This document shows positions 27,101-39,336 of a stretch of DNA of 64,000 nucleotides, piece by piece. A model generated the notes under the pieces. That model made no database searches. It was not told where the DNA came from and worked only from the letters and a program-made list of their open reading frames with translations. The DNA comes from Owenia fusiformis (Eukaryota), in NCBI GenBank assembly GCA_903813345.2, contig CAIIXF020000001.1:23374001-23438000 (forward strand), given 5' to 3'. Within the stretch, counting starts at the first letter, position 1, and every line of letters begins with the position of its first letter. Made by a program: the position numbers and the translations under genes.

Positions 27101-30100
27101 CAGTATAAAAATAAAATTTATTGGACCAGAGACTAGTTTTTCTATATTTCGATATTTCAATGGATTGTTAATGCCTTTTATGTTTGAATTTTCATTTGAA
27201 CAATCTCTTTAAAAGCCTTTTTAAAGCTGGACAAATTAAAATCGAGCAAAGCTTCTATTGTCATCATTTCAACTAATTTTTCTCACTAGTTTTCATCTAT
27301 AACAATATACCGCAAATAAAGGAGTCAACACAAAATTTGAAAATGGGACGTGAATATCTAAAGTCAACAAAGCACGCGGAAATTTTCTCCATGCTTAACT
27401 ATTGACATCCTCATGCAGTATGAAGGGCGCATTCAATTTTTCATTTTTATCTGTTTAATTAAATTAAACACAAAATGACCTTATATGCGCCCCATTACTA
27501 TTTGATGACATGACCTTACAAGCGCCAAACACAAATTAAAGCAATAGCTCCAATTGGGGGTCATTTTAAGGTTATAGCATATCATATCTGTTTTATTGTA
27601 GATTTATTGTAGATTAAATTGTTTGTTTTCTATTTCTATTAATCTGGTCTACTTGAACTTTAAGGACAAATGGGAATTAATGGCGTTAACTCCTCCTACC
27701 TTACACAATTTGAAATCCGTAGAATCGAGTTTGAACATTTTAAGACATTACAAACTGACCTTGGCCAAATTCAACAAACGACTAAATGCCTCCAGCATAA
27801 TTTATGTCTATAAGTCAGACGCATGACCTATACAAGTCATCAAATTTTCGAAACTGAAACTGGCGTTTGTATCCAACGATATCTCAAAATATGACTTCAT
27901 TTGTTTTAAGGTGAAGGTGAACTTTTTCAAGATGGCGCCGAAACAGGAAACGCTTACAAAATTAATGTCTCACTTTGACTCTGTCACAATTCTTTTAGTT
28001 CCATCTATCATTTATATGACCAGGCTAAATTCGGTAATGTGAACAGAAACACTAAACAGGTCGAAAGAGGAATTTCAGGCCTCTGAAAATTTGACAGAAA
28101 AACAGAGAAAGAATACTGCAGGGAAGGTCTCTTTTTAGAAAAAAACTAATTCAAACCCCAGAAACAAAGCAGCTTTCGAACTTTAAAAACCAGGAAAAAA
28201 TGTTTGAAGAAGTGTGCTTTCTTCTTTTTTGGGACGTTGCTCGATTTTGATATTTTGTGCAATTTCAGAATTAAGTTTAAAAGGAACGGTTTGTCACACT
28301 ATTCCTTGTCTCAACATTTTCAGTTAACATTTTTAAGTTTGAGTTTGTACTTTACAGTTTCATTATGATGATATTACATTCATGAAATAAAAGCAAAGGC
28401 TTGTCTGGAAGATTTTGAAAATTTCTGATCTTGCACAACTCTCAAGTTTTCTGTGTAAATCAGGTTTCAATTAAAAAAATCTCAATAACTTGAACGCATT
28501 TGTTTTAAAAGGAAGAGTTCATAAAAATCTCATCATTCACCCCATAAAACGTCTACTTGTTTTTGTTTCATGAAACTAGATCATTTTGATCATTGATATT
28601 CCCTAGGTTTCGATTTTAAATGATGATATATATTATTATGTCAATATTCATTTGGATAACAATGGATTGAGTATACTTCTCATCTTCGAATTTCAAATTA
28701 CTTATTGTAAGGACATGAGACAACATATGCTTTGTTCAAGGACATCCAAAGTACAATAGTCGTGTCTGTGGTTACCCATCACCATGACCACCGCTCCTAC
28801 TACCATGGCGATGTGAATACAACCAGATCTTTTGCGGTCAGTTTGAAGACGTTGGAGGAAACATCTATCACTTTAGTCACTTCAATGTGGTAAACAGAAA
28901 GTTTGAAGAAATAACGATAAGTTCAGAAGTTGATTTCGACTGTTCGTGCCTTGTGCTTTGTGTTAGTTTGGACTTTTTATTTGCTTGGACCCTTTTATTT
29001 TGAAAATTCGGCACCGTTTCCAAAAATCGATGGCCAGTTTCCTAAGGAAGGTCTATTTTCCTAGGAATGAGGTCTAAAATGAATGGGGATTGAATGGGGT
29101 CTAGAAAGGCCCAAAGGGCCAAACAAAACAAAGGCAGGTCTACAGGGATGACAAAATTACAAGCATCATTACTTACAATCTAATAAAACATCTCCCAAAA
29201 GATAGGTTACCAGTTGGGGAAGTTGTTTAAGTTTCAAATGTTTTCTATGAATAAAAAAGGAATAAAAAAAAAAAAGTTTCATAGTTAAAATATTGGGAAT
29301 AAAAAATGTTTAAATTGTCCCAAATAATAAATGTGGTAACCATACTTATAGAAAAATGAGTGCATTATTGTAAACCTTTAGTTTTCGTCAAAAAAGTTTT
29401 CACGTCGGGGATTTTTTAGAAAATAGACATGACAAGGAATGGTATGAGCCCAAAATATTTTAGAATTGAAACAATTTTTGTCAAGAGTACTCTGACTACT
29501 ACTTGCTAGATCTGATACTACCTTTAATTTTCTTTGCACCCCGTTTCCACACATGCAACGAACAATGTAATTTTGATCATGATAGAAAACTGAAAGAAGT
29601 ATTATGTTTTATGGCAATTCGATGCCCGGATTCGATGTAGGCATAGTTCGATATAATAATGTCAGTTCATGGGGTACATACTTGGTGTGGGGGATTAACA
29701 CATATTACCTATTATTCTAAGATAAAAGACGACAAAACTATAATTGTATTTTTCATTAACGAAAGGTTACTCAATTTCAGAGGCAAGGCTAATAAAAACA
29801 TGTCCTAATATCTGTGCTATGTTTTGAGAGAATATCGGGTTAGTATGCTCCCGGAACCTGTCGACTCTGACTCACGATACATTGGATATTGCTTACTGAT
29901 TAAACTCTGCGTGTATTATTGTGAATTATCTCTACAAATACAGAATCAAGGATATCGATATTTTTTCAAAGTGCACCCATTTTTCGCCTTAATTTCATTG
30001 TGAGCAGCCACGGAAGCGAAAGAGGGTTCACTTGGTACAGGCTGTAGCTAAAACTATGTTAACTAGGAACTCTCACAATATTATTGACATTATCGACATA

Positions 30101-31700
30101 ATCGACGTGTCAGTCCATAATTTTTATCATTTTTGTTCAATAATGAATTATATGAGATTCAGAAGCAAATAGGGAACAACGACCTTTAGTTATAAGCCAG
30201 TACAGGCAAGACGAGGTCATGTTAAAATGCACCACTAATTCCACCATATATATTATAAAACGTATTATTCTTTCTCAAAATAAGTATCATTAGTACCAGA
30301 GAAACAACCATTTTTAAATTGATTAATGAGAGTTTGGAGGTCTCCTTTGATTGGGGTTAGACACAGTGTCATCAGGTCATCAAATAGAAGTATCAAGTAA
30401 TTGATAATATTGATCTATAAATCATTAATTTCAGTAATTTCAACATTAAAAGTATATCATTCTTAATTTAACTTAAAATTATTTACCACATTTTCTAAAG
30501 TGCACATGCGAGGGCAGGAATATTGATTTAACTTTGACAAGTGTTAAGAGATTCTGACATAATAGATTTAATAGAAAAAATCTAGGCAATGATCCAGCTG
30601 ATTTTTAAAACTTAAATTTACATTCTCACACTTACCATAGAAAGGAGTACTATGGTGAAGAGTACTTATACACATATCACATGATTCTTCAAAGCGACAT
30701 TATCACCATTATTGAATTGACAACATCACATTGAATTGACATTGTCATATCATTGAAATGACATATGGGGGTATACAATAAGAGAGTTCACATCAGTTTA
30801 TGTTATTCGTATTGTAAACATGTTGATTAAGTGACTCGAAAATAAGTTTATCTGCTAAATGAAAGTAAGCCACTACGTCAATGATTTCCACCTCCTCATA
30901 CAAGTAACCTACTGATATTAAGGTAGGTCCGTAAGTTGATAATTTTTACTAATTTTCATGATTATGATTACCCATGATAATCAATGAATTGGGTAATATT
31001 TTTTCACAATAAATGTTGACATTTACATATTATAGTAGAATACACATATAAATGTGAAAAATATTACCCCTTTCATTGATTACCAGTAATTATAATCATG
31101 AAAATGAGTAAACACATTTCTAGACATACAGATCTGCCTTAACCTTTTCGTATGGATGCTGTACATTTTTTTCAATTTGATGATTCCATAAGGCCCGTGG
31201 CGTGATGTAAGCTTTACAATAACATTCAAGATATTCTTGACACGTGTTCACTGCTATTGCCGTTAAGACACCTTATCTCTGTCGAATAATGATTTGATTA
31301 TATTTACAGATATATTATTTAATACACGTTTAGATACAAATTCTTTAGAAAACTAGTCAAATTCGAGCGTTCTTATGAATTGTACTTACCAAGGAATTAT
31401 GGTGTGTTACATCCATCAAATATCTTCAGCCGAATATCATCCATTCCATAGACGGTGTTAACAAAGCATTTTCAATGTATCTTCAGTTATAAGTGAGTCA
31501 CATCCTACAACTAAGTACTGGATGTCTAACTGCAAGGACTCACTGTCCTGTTTACCCAATATATATTCATTCGTCCTTCATTTGTTGTTTATATTCGAGA
31601 TCGATTTTTACCATTTCCTCTATATGTGGCATGAGTATATCTATTCTAAAAACACTAATTTTCGAATATTTTCGCGTAAAGCTAGCGAGTGCGCCTCATG
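18120..31700 (-). other. Candidate spliced transcript with only short ORFs (microprotein or lncRNA): exons about 31700-31390, 25262 (or 25163)-25068, 19514-about 18120
   Basis: GTAAGT donors at 31389 and 25067; polypyrimidine-CAG acceptors at 25264-25263 and 19516-19515; AT-rich 3'UTR-like tract with minus-strand AATAAA near 18560 and 18122. The exon linkage is inferred. Confidence 0.35.
30922..31138. mobile_element. Palindromic MITE flanked by TTAA (Kolobok-like)
   Basis: TTAA-GGTAGGTCCGTA ... TACAGATCTGCC-TTAA; internal arms pair (TTTTCATGATTAT/ATAATCATGAAAA; GGGTAATATTTTT/AAAAATATTACCC). Confidence 0.7.
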
Positions 31701-32396
31701 CATCCTGATCATATTTCAAAATAATTCGATTGCGGATCACAATCTAATCCGATGCATCCCTTTGTTTTAGCGAGAGGTGTATAATAAATAGTTGTGGAGT
31801 AAATGTGTTTTATATGGTTGACCTGAGGATGACCCCTATCTCTTTAAATACAACCAACAGTCGAGGTATCCAACTTCCCATAATGCATTGCGATTATTAC
31901 CAAACGGCTATCATTTCATGATTCTTATCTTATGATTCACGAACAATTGATTTTTTATACATTCAATACTTTCGATTGGCGTGATTCATGGTCTATTTAA
32001 TAACAGCTCCTGTTGTTGCAGAACCATTTTTTACATGACCTTCTTCATATTGGAAAAGAAGCTGCTTATGCTATCGATGGGTTAGTAAGGCAGCTACGGG
32101 AGTGTGTTGTATGAGTCCATGCTGAACTGTTGAACTCGCGGCGCTTGTCCCCGAATGGCCGGGTCGTTATTGATAAGGGGATACTACACGCTCGGCTCAT
32201 AGTCCCGGAGTCACTGTCACCGAGGGTTTATTTGTATTATCGATATCGGTTGATTGTTCTAATCATTTTCAGCAAATCGAATATCTGGTCTTATTTGTAG
32301 AATTAATTGTTTTATTGTTATTTTTGTAGTTTTCATCAAATTATGATAATGGTTGTTGTACGGAAGAAGCTTGTTGGCGAAAATAGGTGCGAAAAA

Positions 32397-32492
32397 TGAC
32401 GTCAATGAAATGATATCTAATATATTTTAATCAGTATCAACAAAACTGAAGATCATATGAATCTTTTGACCGATTATCAAACTAAGGTAAGT
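32397..32492 (+). promoter_or_regulatory. Putative promoter and first non-coding exon of the 299-aa gene
   Basis: Full CRE palindrome TGACGTCA at 32397-32404, TCAGT initiator at 32431 and a strong AAG|GTAAGT donor at 32487. Confidence 0.45.
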
Positions 32493-34123
32493 CAAGTCCC
32501 TTAGTAACATGGCCTTAAATTGACCAGTGGATGACTCACAAATAGCAATTTCAACCGCATGTTTACTCAGAAAACCTCAGATAAGGACATGACGTTTTCA
32601 AGAACCTCTAAACCAGCTAGAATTTTTTAGATCCTTTGTTCAAGGATACAGATTATCAACCAACCAGTATGAGTGTGTTTGCTGGGTGACTAGTGTCTGA
32701 AATCAAGTTCAGATTAAACATTGAAAATTTATGATTTTTTGGCCAAATTTAGTTTTATTGGTTCTGGGAAACATTTGTGATTTTGAGCCCCGAAAGTCTA
32801 AAAATTATCCGGCATAAGAAATATGGGGTCTCGATAGTAAGAAATATTCGTAAAACCATGGTAAAACCATGTCCATCCATTTTTAGGATTGAATGTAGTT
32901 GACAAAACAAATTCTAAAGTAGTTTGTTTTAAGACAACATGTGTGTAACATCGCAAAATAATTTCACCAAATAAATAGCGCAGAATATACCAAAGTACTT
33001 TGTACCGATTACGTAATAACGATGCAAATTAAACATGTTGATAAGTTATTTTTCCTCAATCACAAGAAATATTTGACATTTTCCAAATATATGCATCGAT
33101 TTGAAAAGTTTTTAAAAATCTAATTTTAATGTACCCTTGCACATCTTCCATTGGTATTTGTCAGTTAGCTTTTGATATTTAGGTTTGCAATCTTGAACTG
33201 AATACTGTACGAATCTGATATAACACCATCAATTTTTTTTAAAAAATCAGAATTTTCTTTTTTAGCTCAAAACATTTATTACATGGTCTGAAAGTCTTGT
33301 GAGTGACATAACATTTTTCAGAAAGTTACCATAAACTTGTCTCTTTGTTACCTTAATGGATATGTTAGGAATTGATGCAATTATAAAATATAAAGGCATA
33401 AAATGAAAAACTGAGTTTTTACCCATTAAATATAAACAACACAATCACCAATGTTTGAGTCGTTCATCGGACGAACGGATAGACAGACGGACAGAGGTAG
33501 GCTACATCATATCCTTATCGAACTGAGTTCGTTGGGATCATTTACCATTAAATATAAACAACACAATCACCAATATTTGAGTCGTTCACTTCAGTGGCAA
33601 TTCAGGAAAAGCCAACAGTGCAAAAAAAGAGGTCCCAGCACTGTCGTGTATGACATCTATCAGTCAGTAGTGTATCGAAACTATCAATGACTGTATGAAC
33701 CCGTAATTTCTCAAAATGGATCCCAAATGGATATAAAGGTATGACAAATTGATATTGCATCGATTTTCCTTTTACCTGTTGTAGTTGCATTCATATTTGA
33801 TTATGCAGAAATCCCGCAAACGTATCGATCGTAACCATAGTAAACATTATTAGGATACAACTATTGCAAATTTTTACATGGCTCTTGGGATCCCCACAGA
33901 TAGAAGATATTTGATTAACAAAAAATGTAGCTAACAGCAGAAACGAACAACTTTTTAAAAAACAAAGTATTTAACGTGTGATTTATAAAACATGTGTTCC
34001 CAGACACACCATAAAAGGATCGTTTCTCGGTTGCAACATTATTTTCCTAGAAATTGAACCATATTTATGAAATAATCAATTAACTCGGATTGCAAAGGTA
34101 GCTGGGAATACATTTTACACAAA

Positions 34124-35709
34124 ATGACACTCAGGCCTGTGATCGTAGATGTGGTTATATCTGTAGTGAGGATTGGAATATGTAGCACAATAGGTATAAG
34201 TGTAATGCTCCTGATACGGTGGATTCTCGTGGTCCTGGTGGAACAGATTCAATACAGGTTCTTTCCTGGTTCAATATCTAGGCCTGTCAAGAGCTCGAAA
34301 AAGAAAGGTAATGGATGTTTTCTTAGAATTGCAGCTACATGTCATGAGACATGAGGACAGGGAATCCAGAGATAAATCATTTCGAAAATCACGTTCTTTT
34401 GTTATATCAATAATTTTCTTGTCTTATTCATTTCGAGTCAAGTGTGGTTATGTTCCTGAATAACTTTGAAAGTCCTTTTTAGGGTAGGGGTGTAGCCAGC
34501 TTTCAGTCAGGGTGGGGGGGGGGGTGCGATTACCAATATGTTTTACAAAAATTGAAACCTAGAAATTTATAAAAAATAAAAGGCACTCTAAAGTTCCTTT
34601 CTTCAGTTCTTCTTCTATTCATTTCCTCTATTTTTATTGGTTATAAGGGGGGAGGGGGCTACGCCTATGTAGGGATCAGTTTTCTGAAAACTTCGTACTT
34701 CATAAAGATAATTGAATGTGTTATTTATGTATATACCTTCAAATGATTTAGCCCCATTTAGCTGTCTAGTGGTGCATGATGTAGTGCTTAATGCAGAAAA
34801 ATACTAGAATTAAGAAAACAGAGTTATTTTAGATTCTCCATTTAAAAAATGATAAATACAATATACAATATGAATAAGAAATAATGGAATATTTATAAGC
34901 AAATATAGAAAAAGAGGACGTAAAACTGTTCTATTGATCAATTTGATTAATAAATCAAATTAATTATTCATTGTGAAAATCTGTTTGTTTCAGCTAAATT
35001 CCGTTACAAAAATGAGGCGAAAATATTAGATGTATCAGAGCTATGTAACAAATACGAAGAGATTTTATACACAGATGTCCATGCGGATAGATGCGGGTGT
35101 CTTTTCTATAAGAGTGGGAAATATTTCACCCAGACATTCCCAAAGACTATTGGTAGCTGGTTATGTAAGAGACTCGCCCCAGAGGATAAAGAAATTGCAG
35201 CCATTACATCAGCCCTTGTCTGCATCACTTCGAAGCAAATAGAAATCATCAAGGTTCCCGATGATGCCATCAATGAAGGCAATCAACACAATATCATCAA
35301 TATCAGTAAAAGCTCACATAAGCTGAAGAGTATATGTATTGTTTGTCACCACAAGAGCATCTCTCGTTTGTTAAACAGTAAAAACAGGAGCGATGACAAT
35401 GATGAGTTCATTGATGATTGTATGCGAGTTGTAGATGATATAAAAACAAAGATCAAAATCAAAGCTGAATGGAGACTGAAAGAAGAAAACCCAATAACAG
35501 GAAAACTTGCTCAATCTTCAAATAATCAATTTACGAACGAGAACGCACTGATAAATCTTAAGGAAAACATAAGCGACGAAGTGGACCTGAGTAGTATACT
35601 ACAGTTTTCCCAGAAAGGATTGACACATAAACGGTTGTCCACACTTCCCAATAAGATGTTCAATACATTCCTAGATAAATTACCACAACTTCCAAGTGAT
35701 TCTGATTGA
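34124..35709 (+). CDS. Uncharacterised protein of about 299 aa with an N-terminal hydrophobic (signal-anchor/TM) segment; coding exons 34124-34307 and 34994-35709
   Basis: ORF 34124 ends K-K-G|GTAATG (phase 1). The TTTCAG acceptor at 34993 opens a stop-free 716-nt exon in the matching phase (AKFRYKNEAKILDVSELCNKYEEILY...KSICIVCHHKSISRLLNSKNRSDD...LPSDSD*). An upstream acceptor TTTTCCTAG lies at 34050. Confidence 0.75.
34485..34669. mobile_element. MITE of the CAGGGGCG family with 5-bp TSD, in the intron of the 299-aa gene
   Basis: Ends TAGGGGTGTAGCC and GGCTACGCCTATG; TSD TAGGG at 34480-34484 and 34670-34674; related in reverse orientation to 41849-42126. Confidence 0.8.
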
Positions 35710-36839
35710 TAAAGGATCTATGTTTAGCCGAGTGATAAATAACTTTTATTTAGCCTCTTTTTCAGCTATTTTTTAACTCTTTTCCCCGAGTGCAAACTAG
35801 ATGATGAGCAGGTTATCATGTAAATGTCCGTCCGATGAACCATCCCATATAGATGTGATATGTTGTATACGATGTAAGAATAAAGCTATAAAAAGTCTAA
35901 AGAGTGTTTATTGTTATCTTTTTAATTGTTCAAAAATATTCGCCGAATTTTTGTGGTGGAACGACTTTCAACAAGCAGGATAAGCTCCGTCTAGCTTTTA
36001 CGATTTTTCGGATGTTTCAGTTAATTTTTCAATAACCCAATGAATCTGGTCAAAATGCTTGCAAATCTAGAAAATGACATCTCGGAAAAATAAAGCCTTT
36101 GTCTCACAATCAATAAAAAATACATCAAAAAGCATGTACCTCTTAGTCAATGAGTTTACTTGAGTCATTCATTCAATTCAAATGAAAAAGTTATCTAAAG
36201 CTTGTAAAGATTCTATTTCAAGGGATCTCACAATGTTATTACTTACCTCTGCCTGCAACTAGGTCACTTTATTTTATTCATGTGTAAAAAGATGTCAGGT
36301 TATTTGTAGATTGACGTGACACCTTTAAATCAGAAGAAAATATTTGACCGATTCATGAATTCCAACTTATTGGTTATTTTCGGGAACTGACTGAGAGGAT
36401 TGCGAGGTGGGCTGCTGCCCCGGGGCTGCTGCTACCCAGCGCACCCCGTCATCTGACAGGCCCGAGTCTTTTATCTATACATCGAACATCCCATATCTAA
36501 GTTGGAAAATATTGATTGGTCTAACTCTAAGTTTTTTAACTTTTCATAACAGTTATTTCAGAATCATTGAATAACCCTTGCCCAAGGAGTGAGCTGTTTG
36601 CATATTTTGGGTAACAATAATAATGTTAAATGGAATATTCGAGTTAATCGGCAACTCATGTTAACGGCCATCTACTAGTTCGACGTCGCTTCTAAAAGAG
36701 TTTATAACTAGACGCGCGCATGGCAACGGCTACCTCGAACAGAATACTACATGTAGTCTCTGTCGTTCACAAAGTATATTTGATATAGAGATTTTATAAG
36801 AATTTGCTGTCAAATTTGTGTACAGATACTTTTGGATAT

Positions 36840-37030
36840 CTGATTGAGTGAATGGATGAGTAAGTTGATTTGTGATTCAGTGAATAATTGAGTGAGTGGG
36901 TTATTGAGTAACTTAGTGCTTGAGTGGGTTGGTTAAAAGTGAGTGGATGGGTGAGTGAGTGGCCGTTGGTGAGCGAGTGGATGGTGTCATTTGTTAAGTG
37001 AATGAGTAATCGATTGTTTGAAGGGGAGTT
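36840..37030. repeat. Degenerate (TGAG/TGGA/TGAA)n tetranucleotide tract
   Basis: Runs such as TGAGTGAATGGATGAGT and GTGAGTGGATGGGTGAGTGAGT. Confidence 0.75.
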
Positions 37031-37750
37031 AAATGGATGCTTTCATATTTAGATCGTGGAATATCCATTTGTAGCAAGTGATATTTACGCTACTAGAAAT
37101 AATACAATGCATAAGTGAGACATTCCAAATATTACAGCCTCCGTCAATTTATAAATTAATTGAGTATATTTATATTAACTTGATATGAATGATTTGGATA
37201 TTTACATATATGCATAATCAACTCACGATAGAAACATTAAGAGATTAATTACATTTCGTAATTGAAAAGTTTGATTGATTTATCAATAATTGCTGTCCAG
37301 TTTGAATAACGCAGACAGTAAGTTGTGTAAGCTCATTGTTCTTTGTGAATTCATTGTGACCTTGTGAAAGGTCATTATAGCCTTCGATCTCACATTGGTA
37401 AATATTGATCAGCAGGATTTCTCAGAGAAATGAACCCCGTGATGTATCAGTCTGCATAATATCGTTACCAATGATGTTAACAATGACATTTACCTTTTAA
37501 TTTGACCTTGGCCTCCAAAAAGATGGTCACTTGCGTGTTTCGATTTTTTGTTTGGAAATAAGACCAGAACTAGCGATTCAAATTCTAAAGAGAAAAATGG
37601 CGCCTGTTTGATTTGTAATTTTGTAATTACGGCATGACTCCATATATGGTAGAATATCGAGTTGGAACCATGGTAGCCACAATCTGTACTATCATTGGTG
37701 TTGGCCCGAATAATCAGTGACCTTAACACGAATTTCATGCTGAACTATCA

Positions 37751-37993
37751 CAGGGGCGGATCCGGAAACTAACAGGTGGGAGGGGATGTATTTGAAGTCT
37801 GACAAAAAATTAATGGCCCATTTTCTTAATAATTTGGCCTATTATAAAAAATAAAGCCTTAAAAGGCCAATTTAGTTCAAAAGGCCCATTAATCGGGGTC
37901 ATTTTCGGGCTCAGAAATTTGTCTGAGCCCATTTTTTCTGCGCCCACGCAAGGGGCTTGAGCCCCTGCCCCCCCCCCCACAGATTCGCCAGTG
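37751..37993. mobile_element. MITE of the CAGGGGCG family with 5-bp TSD
   Basis: Ends CAGGGGCGGATCC and GATTCGCCAGTG; TSD TATCA at 37746-37750 and 37994-37998; a related fragment lies at about 59416-59575. Confidence 0.8.
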
Positions 37994-38509
37994 TATCACA
38001 TGCCCTTTGATTGACATTTGACCATGGAGCCAAGTAGCTGAGTTGGCGACCCTTGTACAAAGACGGAGAACGAAAATACAGGCAGACGCTCTTAAACTGA
38101 CAAGCGACAAGATGACAAGCGTTCCATCGCAAATCGACATTGAACGTTTGAAATATTAGAAATAGTATCTATTCAACAATAATACATTGCGATTTATGAA
38201 TACCATGTATAGCCCAACATATATCAGGATATTGCAAATCTATCTGAAATCATGTATTCTACATTGTTCAATTAACAAAGCATTTTTCTTTTCTATTGTG
38301 AAAGTTTCGAATTCCAATCTCTCATCATGGATTATTACTTGTGCTTTACTAGAAAGGGTGCACCTAATTATTAATGACGTTTTGTCTCTGTCCTTTAGAT
38401 CTATATACACCCCACATTACTTCATCGTTTTGCATTCAGGTAAGAATAATACCTGAGACCCAATTATGAAATACAATCCAGGGTGAATCAATTTAGAAAC
38501 GTTGTTTTT

Positions 38510-39336
38510 CTATAGCTCCAAGTCCTTCAGTTTCTGAGCGATATCACTTATAGTCTTATCAGCTAGGGTCTGGTCGTTCATACTGGGACAGTGGCCAATG
38601 ACGATGGCTGTCTTTGACGTGTATAAGTAGATGCCGTCCTCGGATGCGTTTCGACCTTTTGCCACGACGTCAACTACGTCATCGCCATCAAAATAAACAT
38701 AATCATGGCCCGCAATGGGAATACCATCGTTCACAAAAGGTGCAATTTCCTTTCCTGAAATATAATATACAGCTTATGTGACCAATGTTGAATAAATGCA
38801 AAATATGTTGACCTATTTGCCAGGAACGTTGACCTGTTTTTTTAATTTACGATTCTTCGACAATACCAAGCACAAGCTTCATAAGGAAACATTTGTAGTA
38901 TTTCTGTAAGGTGCGTTTTTATTTCGCAAATGACCATCCTCGATCTAAATCGTTTGAAGAGGTAGGTCACCAAGTGCCTTAAAACATTAGTAGTTAACAT
39001 ATTTATTTTGCCTTGTCATGGACTGTTAAAACGTTCTTGATGAAGATGAGCTAACAGTAATGGTACTTCAAGATACTTACTGTCAAAGAACTATACTAAT
39101 TTTAATAATGTATTCTTCAGTTTAAAACTAAAAAATAGCATACCTCTGAAAACCCTTGCAATTTTATTTGCTTCTTCTTCTTTGAGAATCAGGGCATTTG
39201 GATGATCCGCACGATGCCAGAGTCCGCCGTCCCTCAAGCCAATGATGCAGGCCTTGTCAATTTGTGGCTCGCCCTTTAGGTTCCTCGAATTGCTGATGAG
39301 CGAGTCAATCCAAGCGTTCCATGTCATGTCAGCCAT
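38510..39336 (-). CDS. PFN: Profilin-family protein, 145 aa, divergent; exons 39336-39144 and 38754-38510
   Basis: MADMTWNAWIDSL..IDKACIIGLRDGGLW..HPNAL.LKEEEANKIARVF-R-GKEIAPFVNDGI.IAG..Y...SKTAIVIGH...IAQKL follows the invertebrate profilin pattern. Phase-1 intron G|GTATGC...TTTCAG|GA joins the two ORF-track fragments in frame. Confidence 0.9.

Noticed and set aside
33423-33588. 45-bp direct repeat flanking a GACA-microsatellite/hairpin segment
   Set aside because: Probably the end of another HINE-like element with a local duplication; I could not define its other boundary, so it is not called as a feature.
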